This document shows, one piece after another, positions 12,747 through 26,877 of a DNA stretch of 64,000 bases. Source of the DNA: Octopus vulgaris. Taxonomy: Eukaryota. The notes below the pieces were generated by a model, which was not told where the DNA came from, did no database searches, and worked only from the letters and a program-made list of their open reading frames with translations. How positions within the stretch are numbered: the first letter of the stretch is position 1; every line of letters starts with the position of its first letter. The translations under genes were made by a program, and so were the position numbers. Where the stretch lies: positions 120,900,001-120,964,000 of the forward strand of contig OX597817.1 of assembly GCA_951406725.2 (NCBI GenBank), in the 5' to 3' direction.

Positions 12747-13659
12747 AATTTCTGTAATTTTCTCTATTGGGTATAAAATATTTCTGTATATATAAGTGTG
12801 TATGAATAGTGTTATAGTTAAGAATCTGCACATATGTAACGTACATGCTAGCAATATATGTATATGTGTACATGTGTGTGTACATTTAAATGCAGACATA
12901 CACACACAATACTTGTTCTAAATTAAAAGATGTCACAATTTTCAGTCATGTTTTAGTAATATTAAAGTCGGTATATTTACAGAATATTTTCGTTCATTTT
13001 CATAGAGTTATTTATTGATTTCTTTTATTTATTCATATATGTAGAAAATGTGATATTTTTCTGTTGTCTGCTGCTAGATAAAATTGGATTTACTATTACT
13101 ATAAGGATATATGCTGTACTTTCTACCTTGTGCTTTGATTCTTATAGTTTTGTCTCACTTCTTTATCTTTATTGTTATTATTGTTTTGTTTTATGTCTTC
13201 TCTTTTTCTTCGGTTTTGCAACTAACTAAATTAAACTCAGTTTGCACCATATTGAAAGATAGCCTGAAATACAAAGCTATTAGGTTGCAACAGTCTGCAC
13301 TATAAATGCCAATCTCTTCAGGCATCAGGTGATACAATAATTTAGAGTTTCCAATTCTAGAGGGGATGAACTCTATTTAAGAAATATAACTTAAAACCAG
13401 TAGAATAAACTGAGTTCAACAAAGTTAAATAAGCACAGCTGCTGGAATAAAGACAGCAATGTTGTGTTTGTGAGAAGGCAACAACAAAAAAGAAAAAAAG
13501 AAATGAAAAGAAAAGGAAAAAGAACTTAGGTGGTATGATCATGTTGAAAAGTAAGAAAATGACTTTGGGGAAAAGAACCAAATAGAAGAGGTAGGATTAA
13601 ATTTTGCAGACATGGTCTGGAGAGAGAGAGAGAGAGTGTGTGTGTATGTGTGTGTGTGT

Positions 13660-13713
<54 letters not shown>

Positions 13714-13818
13714 ATTCAGGTAGAGTTTATTTTGCAATTTCTTCTATTTCACAAAGTGTGTGGAAAATTGAAATGGGAATTCTGAATAATCTGAATCATA
13801 ATGTTTCTAATTATTCCT

Positions 13819-13872
<54 letters not shown>

Positions 13873-13923
13873 TATATATATACAGTGTGTGTGTATATAT
13901 ATGTATGTGCGTGTATGCGTGTG

Positions 13924-13972
<49 letters not shown>

Positions 13973-14329
13973 ATCATCATCATCGTTCTTTGACGTCCAT
14001 TTTCCATGCTGGCATGGGTTGGACGGGGACAGAACAAAGTGCAAAGATATCTAACGGTAGTCTACATTGGCAAGACTTGTATTATTTGGAAAAAGTGACA
14101 GAAAAATAAATTGAAATTGCTGTGGGGAGTGGAGTTTCAAATATTTTGGACAAAATCTGTCTTTCAAGGCTAAGATAACTTGCAGCCACTCAATCAAAGA
14201 AGATGCAAGATTCAACTGGTTTTTCTTTTCCTCCTACCTGTCATTTTTAAGCCTGAAAAATGGCTGTATCCAAAACATTGGAAACACTACTACTCTGGGC
14301 AATTTCTTTACTCTTTCTATTGCTATTAC

Positions 14330-14383
<54 letters not shown>

Positions 14384-14772
14384 GGTGTAGGAGTGGCTGT
14401 GTGGTAAGTAGTTTGTTTACCAACCACATGGTTCCGGGTTCAGTCATACTGCGTGGCACCTTGGGCAAATGTCTTCTAATATAGCCTTGGGTCGACCAAT
14501 GCCTTGTGAGTGGATTTGGTAGACGGAAACTGAAAGAAGCCTGTCGTATATATGTATATATATATATTTTTTTGTGTGTCTGTCTCCCCAACATCGCTTG
14601 ACAACCGATGCTGGTGTGTTTACATGACCATAACTTAGCGGTTCAGCAAAAGAGACCAATAGAATAAGTACTAGGCTTACAAAGAATAAGTTCTGTGGTT
14701 GATTTGCTCGACTAAAAGCGGTGCTTCAGCAAGGCCACAGTCAAATGGCTGAAACAAATAAAAGAGTAAAGA

Positions 14773-14773
<1 letters not shown>
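14384..14773 (+). mobile_element. Family A SINE, full length
   Basis: Complete head, central microsatellite and AAAAGAGTAAAGAG end. Confidence 0.9.
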
Positions 14774-14830
<57 letters not shown>

Positions 14831-14832
14831 GT

Positions 14833-15023
14833 ATATTAACACTTATCGCCGAGCTAATATGGCAATCCATAAACATAGGACTAAAGCTGCTGTTTATTAG
14901 CTCCAAGAGGCCATCGCCTCTATCTAGCTATATGACACACGAACCTGTGTCCATTATAACCTTCGAACAGGGGAGGTCAGCCGCTTCCCCTTGCCATATT
15001 AGCTTGGCAATAACTGTTAATAT
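14833..15023. repeat. Fold-back element with 33-bp terminal inverted repeats inside a (TA)n tract
   Basis: ATATTAACACTTATCGCCGAGCTAATATGGCAA (14833-14865) versus TTGCCATATTAGCTTGGCAATAACTGTTAATAT (14991-15023). Confidence 0.75.
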
Positions 15024-15074
15024 CCAGTACCACTGCTGTAGTCTCCTGTAGAGAAACTTAGAAATAATAATATT

Positions 15075-15114
<40 letters not shown>

Positions 15115-15126
15115 ATTCTCATTTCT

Positions 15127-15325
15127 CATTTACTTGTTTCAGTCATTTGACTGTGGCCATGCTGGAGCACCGCCTTTAGTCGATCAAATCGACCCCGGAA
15201 CTTATTCTTTGTAAGCCCAGTACTTATTCTATCGGTCTCTTCTGCCGAACCGCTAAGTGGCGGGGATGTAGACACACCAGCATCGGTTGTCAAGCAATGC
15301 TAGGGGGACAAACACAGACACACAA

Positions 15326-15356
<31 letters not shown>

Positions 15357-15520
15357 CAACAGGCTTCTTTCAGTTTCCGTCTACCAAATCCACTCACAAG
15401 GCATTGGTCGGCCCGGGGCTATAGCAGAAGACACTTGCCCAAGATGCCATGCAGTGGGACTGAACCCGCAACCATGTGGTTGGTTAGCAAGCTACTTACC
15501 ACACAGCCACTCCTGCGCCT
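15127..15520 (-). mobile_element. Family A SINE, full length
   Basis: Near-consensus reverse copy. Confidence 0.9.
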
Positions 15521-15534
15521 ATATATATATATAT

Positions 15535-16283
15535 TTATTGTTATATTTCGGAATGGGCATTTTGCCAGTTTAGCCAATAAAAACACATGCACTATATATT
15601 TGGTGTTATTTTGCTTCAGTGTTATTTATTTTTTACATTAATCTTAATCTTATTTCAGCCAGAGTTCTTTCGTCACACTCCTGTGACCGCATCAGTGGTC
15701 CTTTGTTTTCTTCTTTCTTATTTGTGTCTCTCCTTACTAACCGTCAGCCATTTTGTATTTCTATTGTATGTCTTCATTTGCGCATGCTTATATCTCTATG
15801 TGCGTCTATGTTTATTTAGTGTGTGTGTGTGTGTGGGGGGGGTGCTTGTAATATTTGTATCTTCTGTTTATATACGTTCATGTAATTTGTTTTTGTTGTT
15901 GTTGTTTTTGTTTATTCTTATTTTGTTCATGTGTTTACATCCACTTATTATTATCATTACATATGCTTGTATGTATGTATAACAACAATACTAGTAATAA
16001 TAATAAATAAAAAAAAAACTTATATAGTTATTTCTATTTGTTTATTTATCTGTGTATTTTATTTATCATGTTTTCGGTTTTGTTTATATTGTAACCAGCT
16101 TATTGGGATCCTCTACCGTCATATGTTGTGGTGTGTGCTAGTGTTCCATTCTAGTTTCCTATTCAGGCTAGGTTTATTTTCTATTATGTGTGTAGCTTCT
16201 GTAACAACACTGAAGCAAAATAACACCAAATATATATTGCGTGTGTTTTTACTGGCAAAATGACCATTCCGAAATATAACAAT
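15535..16283. mobile_element. Penelope-like fold-back: ~90-bp inverted repeats around a T-rich core containing a hammerhead motif
   Basis: ATTGTTATATTTCGGAATGGGCATTTTGCCAGT...GGTGTTATTTTGCTTCAGTGTT is inverted at about 16208-16283. (TA)n on the left and nearby on the right. Confidence 0.65.
15659..15698 (-). ncRNA. Hammerhead ribozyme-like motif, type I minimal, A9 to C variant
   Basis: Minus strand: CCA-CTGATGC-G-GTCACA-GGAG-TGTGAC-GAAA-GAAC-TC-TGG. Stems I and II pair and the cleavage triplet is CUC. Confidence 0.6.
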
Positions 16284-16339
16284 ATCTGTTTCAACACACG
16301 ACTTCACATAAAAAATCTTGCACAACAAATATATAAACG

Positions 16340-16409
<70 letters not shown>

Positions 16410-17259
16410 TGCATGTGTGTGTGTGATGTATCTTGATTCTGTCAATAATCACACCTTAAAAATTACTCTTTTAATGAAGAAATCATTGCATTGATGTTCA
16501 CTTATCACTAAAGAAGAAAAAAAGAATGTTAAACTAAAAACAGTTTTGTATGATCACTTTGAATTAAACTAATTTACTACTTCATTAGAGTGTAGAGAAT
16601 ATAAAACTAAGCTCTACTGCTTTCCTTTATGAGTTATAGAGTAAAATGCCCAACTGACTTGCTTAAATAGTTAGTTCTGTGCAGTAGATGCTGTTGGCCT
16701 ACCATATTATGCAGTAATCTGACAATGAATCAACAACTGAGTGTACTCAGTTGCTCAAACTGCTTGATGTGGTATAACTTAATCTCCCTCAAATTTCCCC
16801 CTACAGTCTTAGAGAAAGAGCAGGATAAAATTGATAATATAGTTCTTAATAGCCCTAAAAAAATCAACAAGATGTTCACACCTGGGATATCTGGGATTAT
16901 AGGTAAGTTTGCCCATTCACAGCTGACCTAGAACTATGCAAAATCAACAGCAACTATGAGCTCAAAGATATGTGAGAAAGAGCAGAAAAATATATGTGAC
17001 AAGCTAAATGCTGTTTGTTTGTCTTCCTGTTGCTCTTTATGCCATGATTACTAGCTTTTTGTCATTTACAGTTGCTGATGGTAGCATAATGTAGTCGTTT
17101 GACCAGCTAGAAATAGCAACCAAATTCCCTCAAATAATATCTTACAATCTTATAAAAGAAATGGTCTTATTAATCAAAGTAGTCCAAGATATACAGAAAT
17201 TTCAGATGGTCATACACACCCGTCCTTCACGGTAGAAGTGTTAAGGCTGCTCCCCCTTT

Positions 17260-17487
17260 TGTGCCAGTGCCATGTAAAAAAGCACTTGCGATCACACCAT
17301 GTAGAAGCACTCATGTGGTGCCACATTAAAAGCACCCAATGCACACTGTAAAGTGGTTGACATTAGGAAGAGTGTTCAGCCATAGAAACCAAGCTAAATC
17401 AAACTGGAACATGGTACAGCTCTCCAACTCTGGTCAAATCGTCCAAACCATGCCAGCTTGGAAAATGGACGTTAAATGATGATGATG
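17260..17487 (+). mobile_element. Family B/RTE 3' end
   Basis: GTGCCATGTAAAAAAGCAC repeats, GTGGTTGACATTAGGAAG, GGACGTTAAATGATGATGATG. Confidence 0.65.
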
Positions 17488-19233
17488 AAAATGAAGATGT
17501 CTTGACTAAAATACTTTTGATATTACTTTATTCAGCTAGGGCTGGCCTGGGGCTACAATCACTGATATATCCTCTTTGAAGCAGAATTAGTAAAGAAGTA
17601 GCAATATTTCAGTAGTAAAAATTTAATTAGATTTTATCAGTAAATTAACTTCAAAGGTAAGTTTTAGGAAAGGTACAAACAAGGGCACAGAAAGACGTTT
17701 TTAAGTGATGGAAGCTGCTGAGAACAAGAGCACATAATGAGCTTAATGAAGTCTCATTTGAATTACTAAGCTTTTTGTTTTTGTTTGTTTTGTCTTTTAA
17801 TAGAGAAAAAGCACACACTTGGGAAATCTGTCCTAGATAGTGATTCTTGGAAACTGATGCAATTATGTGGAAAGGGTGGGTGGGGAAATGACCAATGATT
17901 TAACCTTTATGTAGATATTTATACGAGAAGTACATTTAATTTTATGTGCGACTGGGAATAATTATGAGATTATTGAGAAATGCTACACTGATATCTCTCT
18001 TTTAGAAATACATTTAGCTCTTATCTGCTAAATGCTATAAAACCTGGACTGAGAATTGTTGGTAACATATTTGGAGGACTAGGGAAACAATTAGAATTCA
18101 TATTTGATTAATTAAGGGGTGTTAATAAAATCAATGGTGGTAACAGTTAGAACATTGATTGAGTTATGAATTCCAAGGGATGAAGCTTTTACTTTTGCTA
18201 AACTGAACTGACAGAAAACTAACAATATATTAAGTTAATGCATGAAACCCTTCAAGGTAGCAACTTTGTATAAGATTGTCTTGAAATGTTCCATATGTGG
18301 TATATAGAAATTCACACAAGGTGTCTTCAGAAAGAGAGCAAAAGAGAGCAGAAAGTCATCACAGAAAGTGAAAAAGAGAGAGAGACAGAGAGAGTTCAAA
18401 ACTAGAGATCTTATGAAACATTGCCATTCATTACTAATTTTAAATGTTTATAAAACTGGAATATCTAGTAATAAAAGAGGTTAAAATTCAAAGACTATAA
18501 CTAATTAAAACATCCTTAATTTTTTGGTATTAAATAAACAGCTGTATACATTGATATATACAAATATTAAACTCATTAATATTATGAGTAATATTACCTT
18601 ATTTAATTTTGCTTGCTTTTATTTTGTTTCTTGAGTAATTTCCTAAACCTATTTGTGTTCATAATTCTAGTAAATGTGCTGCCTTTGAAATCGATCGAGA
18701 ATTGAGTTGCATTTAATGAAATAACTAACTTTTAGATTTATTTCTCAATTAAGCTAGTGTTTAGAATATAACAAAATATTCTAGCATAAAATTATAATGA
18801 ACTCCTTAAAGCAAGCAGGTTTATATCAAAGAACCAGAGTGGGGTCTCAGGTGTATTGGTATGAAAAGGGTAAAAGTATTCTGTTATGTGTCAAAGAATA
18901 TACAATTTTCTATTTCTTTAGCTTCAATTAAATGTTTAGTAATTCCTGCCTCACATCATGTTCAACTTTTGGTTTGATTTGTGATTATTAAAAATTATAA
19001 TGCATAGCAAAGTAAATATACAAATAAATAATTTTAAATAAATAATTGGAAGTCTGCTATCCCTGAATCCTGTTGTTTCAATTTCATTTGTTTTTTTACC
19101 TAAACATGATTTGTATTAAAATAAGAATTAATCAGGTTTGTTGATTTTTATTTCTCCATACTAGAAGTAGACATGATTGTGTGGTTATGGAATTTGTTTT
19201 ATTAATCATAATGGTTTCTTTTGTTTCTTTTCT

Positions 19234-19633
19234 TTTACTTGTTTCACTCATTAGACTGCAGCCATGCTGGAGTACTGTCTTAAAGAATGTTTTTTTTTTC
19301 TTTTTGGTTGAATGTATTGCCCCCAGGACTTACTTTTGTTAAACTTGGTACTTATTCTATCGGTCTCTTTGCTGCACTATCAAGTTACAGGGACGTAAAC
19401 ACACCAACACTGGTTGTCAATTGGTGGTGGGGGACAAGCACAGACACAAAAAATACACACACACACATATACACAATGGACTTCTTTCAGTTCCTACCCA
19501 CCGAATTCATTCATAAGGCCTTGGTCTGCCTGAGACTATAGTAGAAGATACTTGCCCAAGTAGCCATGTAGTGAAACTGAACATGGAACCATGAGGTTGG
19601 GAAGCAAGCTTCTTACCACACAGCCACGCCTGC
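19234..19633 (-). mobile_element. Family A SINE, diverged
   Basis: TTTTACTTGTTTCACTCATT...CTTACCACACAGCCACGCCTGC. Confidence 0.75.
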
Positions 19634-20327
19634 TGTGTAATAATTTATTTATTTATTTATTTAATTTGTCTTTGGTTAGTAAGTGTTGTTTCCTATTTAC
19701 TTCTAGCTAGAAATAAAAGGAAATGGCTACTATTCCCTCATATATTGCTTTTATGACCTGAACATCATCGTTTTGAAACTGACCTATTTTCAATTACATT
19801 TCAGATAGATGCAACATTGAATTGCTGAAGCAGAATTTTCTAGAGCTATCTAAAAGTTTCAAAATCTTTCTAAAAGTTTCTAAAACTTTCAAGAATTTCT
19901 AGAACATTCTGGCAACATAGATTATAGTGTAGATACAGGGACTGTAAGTTCAACAGTTCAGTTTACTTCTAGCTGTCCAAGTGAAGACAAATTGTTGTTG
20001 ATAGCCACATTCATCACATTCATCAGGTGGTTGTAAGAATTCAGCAGACACATTTTGCTATGTCTATGACAAATCTATCGAGACAAAGAGTATGTATAAA
20101 AGTACTCTGCTAAAACGTGTGAAGTCTACAAGGCATATTTTGGCATGCCTGTTGGGAATCAAGAAAAAAGCAAAATTTGAAGGCAATATTAGTCATTTTT
20201 CATTCTTTCTAGGGGTAAGCAAACAGGAAATAACAGTTGCTACCCAGGGACAAAAATTGTGTCACACATTGTAATTTTCTTTTTAGGCACACGATACAGC
20301 CCTTTGTACAAGTGGGCTGTTTTATAA

Positions 20328-20544
20328 CCCTTTAGCATTCAAATTATTCTGTCAAATGCAATGCTTATTTATTTACATTGCTTTGAGTTAATCATGTATT
20401 ATCTCATAACTTTGAGATTTCGATCATATGAGTGTTTATTTTTATGACATTGTATGGTAGGTGTGAGAAGCCAGATTTAGCCAGTTTGAACATAAAACAG
20501 GTAGAATATTTTGGCCAAATATGGTCAGTTTAAATGTTAAAGAG
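20328..20544 (+). mobile_element. piggyBac-like MITE
   Basis: (A)TAA-CCCTTTAGCATT ... AATGTTAAAGAG termini, resembling TTAA|CCC..GGG|TTAA. Second copy at 2170-2381. Confidence 0.55.
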
Positions 20545-22607
20545 CTACCTTTTACTCTACCAGATTAACCAAAGCTTTGAGTATAAAACTGGATAATTTT
20601 CATCTAGATTAACACCACCACCTAGTCAGTGGGTACCTACAGCTGAATCTACTAAACTGTAGGTTTTAAACATGTTTTCTACCTGAAGGTATCTTGCTAT
20701 CTTTATGTATATGTTTCCCTTTACAACAAGCCCTTTCTCACCACTCTCATGGAGACCCTGCAAAAAATATCAGTGGTAATATCCTTCCTTATCTGATTAC
20801 ACCATAAAATATAAATTAGGAAAATCAAATTATTTTAGACACTTTTTCTATCTTGGCATTTACTCTGCTTTGTGCTGGGTCTGATTTTTATTGATGCGAC
20901 AGAATATTACTCAAATCAATATGTTGCTCTGTCTGAGAATGCAAGCCTATCACCATTAGCCTGGTCCCTAAGGACTCATTTCCAATCATTATCTAGATAT
21001 CAATTTTTGTTTGCAGGTCACCATATTTATCTTCCAATTTTTAGATTTTATTCCTATCTCTTTCATCAAAGCATCAGCTTAGTTTCTTTCACTCTTTCCT
21101 AATCACTAACTCCTACTATGCATAAATAATTGCCCAATTCTCATGTCTATTCTCTAAACAATTCTATTTTATCCAGGTTTATAATATCAAACTACAACCC
21201 ACCGAGTGAAGGAAATGCATTTTTACTGCTATGTAAATCAGAGCATTGAAAATTTCTATAGAGCAGAATTAAGGCTGATTGTTTGTTAGTGTGATATCAC
21301 ATGATAATGATGAAGGCAACCACAGTAATGATGATGATGATGGTGGTGGTGGTGGTGGTGGTGGTGAGGGTGATAATGATGCAAGATGTGTGATTAAAGA
21401 AAACCTGATGTCTTTTATGCTAATGTTACATGAAAGTAGCTTTTCTCAATGGCATGAATATTATCCGAGCAATATACTCTTCTGGAAAATATATCAGAAA
21501 AGTTTTTGTTCACTTCTGATATAAAATATCACTGTAATATCCATTGAAGTTGACGTATAAGCTAATAGTTCATGGAATAGATCATGACTAAATGATATCA
21601 TTTACATTAAAGCTTTCTAGTAATGATTTAGTTTAGCCCCCTTAATGGCAACTTATCCATTTGTACGAGAACATTTTCTGACCAGTTATCTCTGAATTTG
21701 ATCACAGTGCAAAGAATAATTTACACAAAAGATTTGTAGGATTCAGTTTTAGCAATATATTCTTTGATCCTTTTTGACATGTTCATATTCTTTATTGATC
21801 CAGCTAGTAATCTATAATGCTCACGGTTATGCTTTGTGTACCCGAAAAGAAAAAAAAAATTTTTTTTTTTTCACTTACAGATAATATGAATATAGTAAGC
21901 AATGTGAATAACATTATCATGGAGCTATACATACGTGCATGTACATATCCACACATACGCCTACACATGCAGTCGATCACATACATTTGTCAGTATATGT
22001 GTGTATATGGTTATACATGCATGCAAATGTACAAATATTTTCACATGCATTAATTTAATAATGATATATATACGTGTGTGTTAAATCACACATTTAACAT
22101 ATATACATATTCTATAGTCGTTACCTACTCTTCTCCACCTTCCAACTTATCATTCATTAATACCTGTTGTTTATTATATTTACCCCCCCACAACCCGTTC
22201 TCCATCTCTTACCATCTCGCTCATACATTCTTACCACCTTACATTCTTACATTCTTACCATCCACACTTCCAGTTGTCATGTCTTCACTCATTTCTACTT
22301 ACCTCACAGGCCATACCATGACACCTCTTCCCCACTATTTTTATTTCACTGTATAACATCTTGGGCAAGTGACTTCTGCTATAGCCTCTGGTTTATCAAA
22401 ATTTTGTGAGTGAAATTCAGTTGATAGAGACAGTGTACCAAGGGCCAGCAATGTTACAAGGTTATATGCTAATTCTGATTGAAAATTACACTAAGTGTTC
22501 ACATTCCTATGGAATATTCAACTACTCGCATGCTAATTCAAGGAGTAATCAGTTTTGTTAATCACACACACAAAATATTTATTGTTGAAACTTATAGAAT
22601 AAGTAAA

Positions 22608-22820
22608 GGCAGGTGGCTTAATGGTTAAAATGCCAGGCTCGTGATCTAAAAATGTCTTGATTCCTGGACTGGGTAATGCATTGCCTTCTTGAGCAAAGCA
22701 TTTCATTTCACATTACTCCAGCCCACTCAGCTAGCAAAAGTACATATTCCAACAATGGACCAGCATCTCAACTAGGAGGGGTATATATGCCGGAAAGCCT
22801 GGGAAACTGGCACTGTGTGT
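22608..22820 (+). mobile_element. Family D tRNA/CORE-like SINE, diverged
   Basis: GTGGCTTAATGGTTAA...TTCTTGAGCAAAGCATTTCATTTCACATTACTCCAGCCCACTCAGCT; homologous to 33600-33857. Confidence 0.6.
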
Positions 22821-23025
22821 CTATATGACTTGGGAGGAGCTTTATTCTGTCAGCCTTTAACCCAAGAGAGATCCATTAACTACAGTTTCTTCTAGTATTT
22901 AACATGAAAAGATTAATTTGATTCTTAGCTTGTAGATCTGAAAATGCTGAAACTTCAAATTGTAAAATAAACAAATTAATCTAAATGTGTGTGCGCATGT
23001 GCATGTGTGTGTGTGTGCATGGTAT

Positions 23026-23430
23026 ACTCTTTTACTTGTTTCAGTCATGTGACTGTGGCTATGCTGGAGCACCGCCTTTAGTTGGGCAAATAGACCCCAA
23101 GACTTATTCTTTGTAAGCCTAGAACTTATCCTATCAGTCTCTTTTGCTGAACCACTAAGTTACAGGTATGCAAACACACCAGCATCGGTTGTCAAATGAT
23201 GTTGGGGGGACAAACACAGACACACAAACACACACACACATATATATATATGCATATACATATATACGACAGGCTTCTTTCAGTTTCCATCTACCAAATC
23301 AACTCACAAGGCTTTGGTCAGCCCGAGGCTATAGTAGAAGACACTTGCCCAAGGTGCCACGCAGTGGGACTGAACCCGGAACCATGTGGTTGGTAAGCAA
23401 GCTACTTACCACACAGCCACTTCTGCACCT
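23026..23430 (-). mobile_element. Family A SINE, full length
   Basis: Near-consensus reverse copy. Confidence 0.9.
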
Positions 23431-24279
23431 GTATATTTATATATATAATATTATGCATAATTATATAGTATCATCCAAAGTTACTCACACACACACATAT
23501 GTACACATATAATCTTTCATTTGTTTCTACATCCATTTTTTATGTTAATATCAGTTAGTCAATTACATCTTATGAGACATATTTGTTTTTGGCAGCTCGA
23601 AGCCCTTCTTGTTGTTGACCCCTACCAGTTTTTGAAGTAACATTTTATTTCCTATGTTTTTTGACACTGCAGAGCTGCTAAAGAATCTGTTGAGAGGGGA
23701 TTTTCAATAAAGTTCTCTGTTTGTAGCAAAGTGCAGACTGTAATCATTTACACAAATATATATGCATATGCACATGTACACACATATACATGCACATTCC
23801 CATGCATATACACACATGCATACAATAGGCTTCTCAACATTGCAAAGACTCATAATTTACCTTTACATTTTCCCTTCTTTTGTGTCTTGTCAACTTTGTG
23901 TTTATTATGTAATAACCATATCTAATGATTGTTTATGCTCCTCAGGTATTAGGTATACAGTCCTTTTTGAAGTATTGAAACTGCTATAATTCTTAGTGAG
24001 ACAGCTGATGGGAGCTTCATTTTTGTTTACTTTCTTCATTGTTATGATTACTTTATGCTTTTAATGTTTCAGGCAATTCCTTATATATAACCATGCACAT
24101 GTGTGTCTAAGAATGCATATTTTATGTGTATGTATATACATGTATGTGTGTATATATATATGTATGTATGTATATAAACACACACCAATTATATGACAGT
24201 GATTCTCATTTACATCTATTTTGTGATGTCATGAGAAAGGGACAGAAACATAGAACCATACACCCTTACATATACGTGC

Positions 24280-24313
<34 letters not shown>

Positions 24314-24331
24314 ATGTATGTATATATGTAG

Positions 24332-24389
<58 letters not shown>

Positions 24390-26822
24390 GTGTGTGTGTA
24401 TGTATATATCTATATGCATATATGCACACATATTCACATACACAGACACATTTATATACATGCACATGTACACATATACATATATAGAGAGATACACATA
24501 CATGTACTCTCACAATAATACATGCAAGTTGCACACACACATACTATATATGTGTGTCTGTGTGTGTATCCATACACTTAAAAATCACAAAATCTTATTG
24601 GCTCTTGGAGTCAGCACTGAGATTAAAGTGATGTTGTTTATATTTCTCATTATCAAGCTTGGAACAAGTAGAGTTCTATGGCTTAAATTTCCATTAGTTC
24701 AACGTAGTTCTTCTTGACTTCAAAGTGAGTGAAATAGGTACGAGATTTCAATTTTGTTGTCGCACAGATGAACTAGAGGTGAACAGTGGCTTCAGCCCAA
24801 AGTGCAGAAATGATAAGTTGGTTTCTTTGATATAGAAATCAGATAGTTCATAGCTTTAAGCTCAAATCATGTTAGTATTATCTTGAACATTAATCTGAAT
24901 TGGGGAGGCCTGGTTACTGCCTTATTATGAAAAAACATAAAGAAATAAACAAAAAGAATAGGTTTTCTTCTTTCCATCTCTGAATTTTTATATTTTCCTA
25001 GTTTTTGTTTTGCTTCATTTATTTATATTATTATTAATCTATAAACTCTTATATTTCACTCTAATATTATTAACTCATTTCTCATTCTACTATTTGCTCG
25101 AAACCATTTTCTGTTTTATTTATTTCATTCCATGCTCATATTAACTATATTCATTGTCTTTTGATGGTAGTGAATAGAAATGACATAGAATCTTTTGGGT
25201 TGATGGGGCGGTACTTCATCTTTATGTGCTTTTTCTAGTATCTGTTGGCCAGATTAAGCTCAACATTCTTTAAGCTTTTGGCTGGCTCAGCTGATATTTA
25301 TATGAATCAGCAAGTGAAATATAATAGCTAAATTCAGTCAATGAATGCAGGCTTTGATCACTGGAAATGGTCTTATTTTCATATGGTGCTTACACCACAT
25401 TTCCAAGTTATAGCTCAGATTTTAGCATGCTTTAATTTAAGTACTGTTCATCATATTCTCTTAATATATAATAACTAATATATGTTTATATGTTCCAAGT
25501 TATGGGCCCCATTTGCCAACTACATATCTGACCTTTTACATAAGAAGCACAGCTTCTATGTGAAGAAGCTCACAGGCTTTTTGACATATTTTAAATACTT
25601 TTTTAAAAATATCATTGTAGTGGGTATTGTTGTGGATTTATGCGTCTGTGATCCATAGTTTTGCACCCAGGTAGCTGAAATTTTGCATTGAAGCACATCA
25701 TTTCAAGAAAGTAAGTACTAAATGCATGTATTTACATCTGAGGTCAATGTTTTGGCGCTGAGGTATTTGAAATTTTGTATAGTGTCGCATGTTTTTAAAG
25801 AGAAGAACATCCTATTTGACATTTTCAGATTCTTTTCAACTTCTGACCAAAAAATATAAATATTTTATAATTTCAATCATTGCAACGAACATTTGAATAA
25901 AACTACCAATTGTAAAAGTAATTCATTGTTTACCAAGAAGATGAAAAATATCCCAAGAAGTAAATTTTATTTTAGGCTTTATGCTTGTTTGTCTTTGCAC
26001 ATTTTTGTGAAGCTCATATTCAACCATCTTCTGAATGACTTAAATGCATCCATCTGAGCGAATCACCTTTCTTGGATCAACAGAAGGTTGTTGGCACTAT
26101 CTTAAAAAAATTTATCCACAAAATAAGAAATTCATGTAAAAATAAAGTTTTCTCTTACTCTTGAACAAATTTTATTTGGTAACATATGCCATGCTTTTAC
26201 TAATTGTCTTAGATGACTCTGTAGTCATTAACAGATGTATATACCTCTTGACTCTCCCACCCTTTGACTCAAGACTACATCCAGGATGTGGTAAATGTCT
26301 TATTTCATATTTCTCAAAGATTTTTAGCTTCTCAAAAGGATAGAGGAAATTTAAAGGTTTGCTTTGGTATACTAGTAGTACATTTGTCCTGACCAGAGAA
26401 AATGTGGATATGTATCCCATGGGTAGCCCTCAACATTGCTTTTCTATCAAAGAAGTTATTAACCCAATATTCTACTAGCTGTTATTTATAGCATCATTTA
26501 TTTTGAGTTCTATACTGAAATGCTTTACAGAAGCAACATTTTGAGTAAACATCATTTTACTGTTAGGAATAATACTTTTGACATTAGAAATCATCATCAT
26601 CATCATTTATATATGTAGGTTTTAAAGAAATTATAGGCTATAATTTTGTTTATAATGTTATATATGTTTATGAATAAGTAATGTCACATGCTTTATAATA
26701 ATAAAAGAAAAAAAAAGTAAACGACTTCAAGGAACTACTATTTCATGAAATTTTTAATACCAGGTTTATTTCTAATTTCAAATTGAAAAAGGAACTTATA
26801 TAGTTTAGTGGGTTTTTTTTCC

Positions 26823-26877
<55 letters not shown>

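Noticed and set aside
14247-14659. Recurrent peptides such as [20 protein letters not shown] and [19 protein letters not shown]
   Set aside because: They are antisense frames of the family A SINE, not a gene family.
21279-21524. ORF with poly-D and poly-G
   Set aside because: A (GAT)n(GGT)n microsatellite with no other coding signal.
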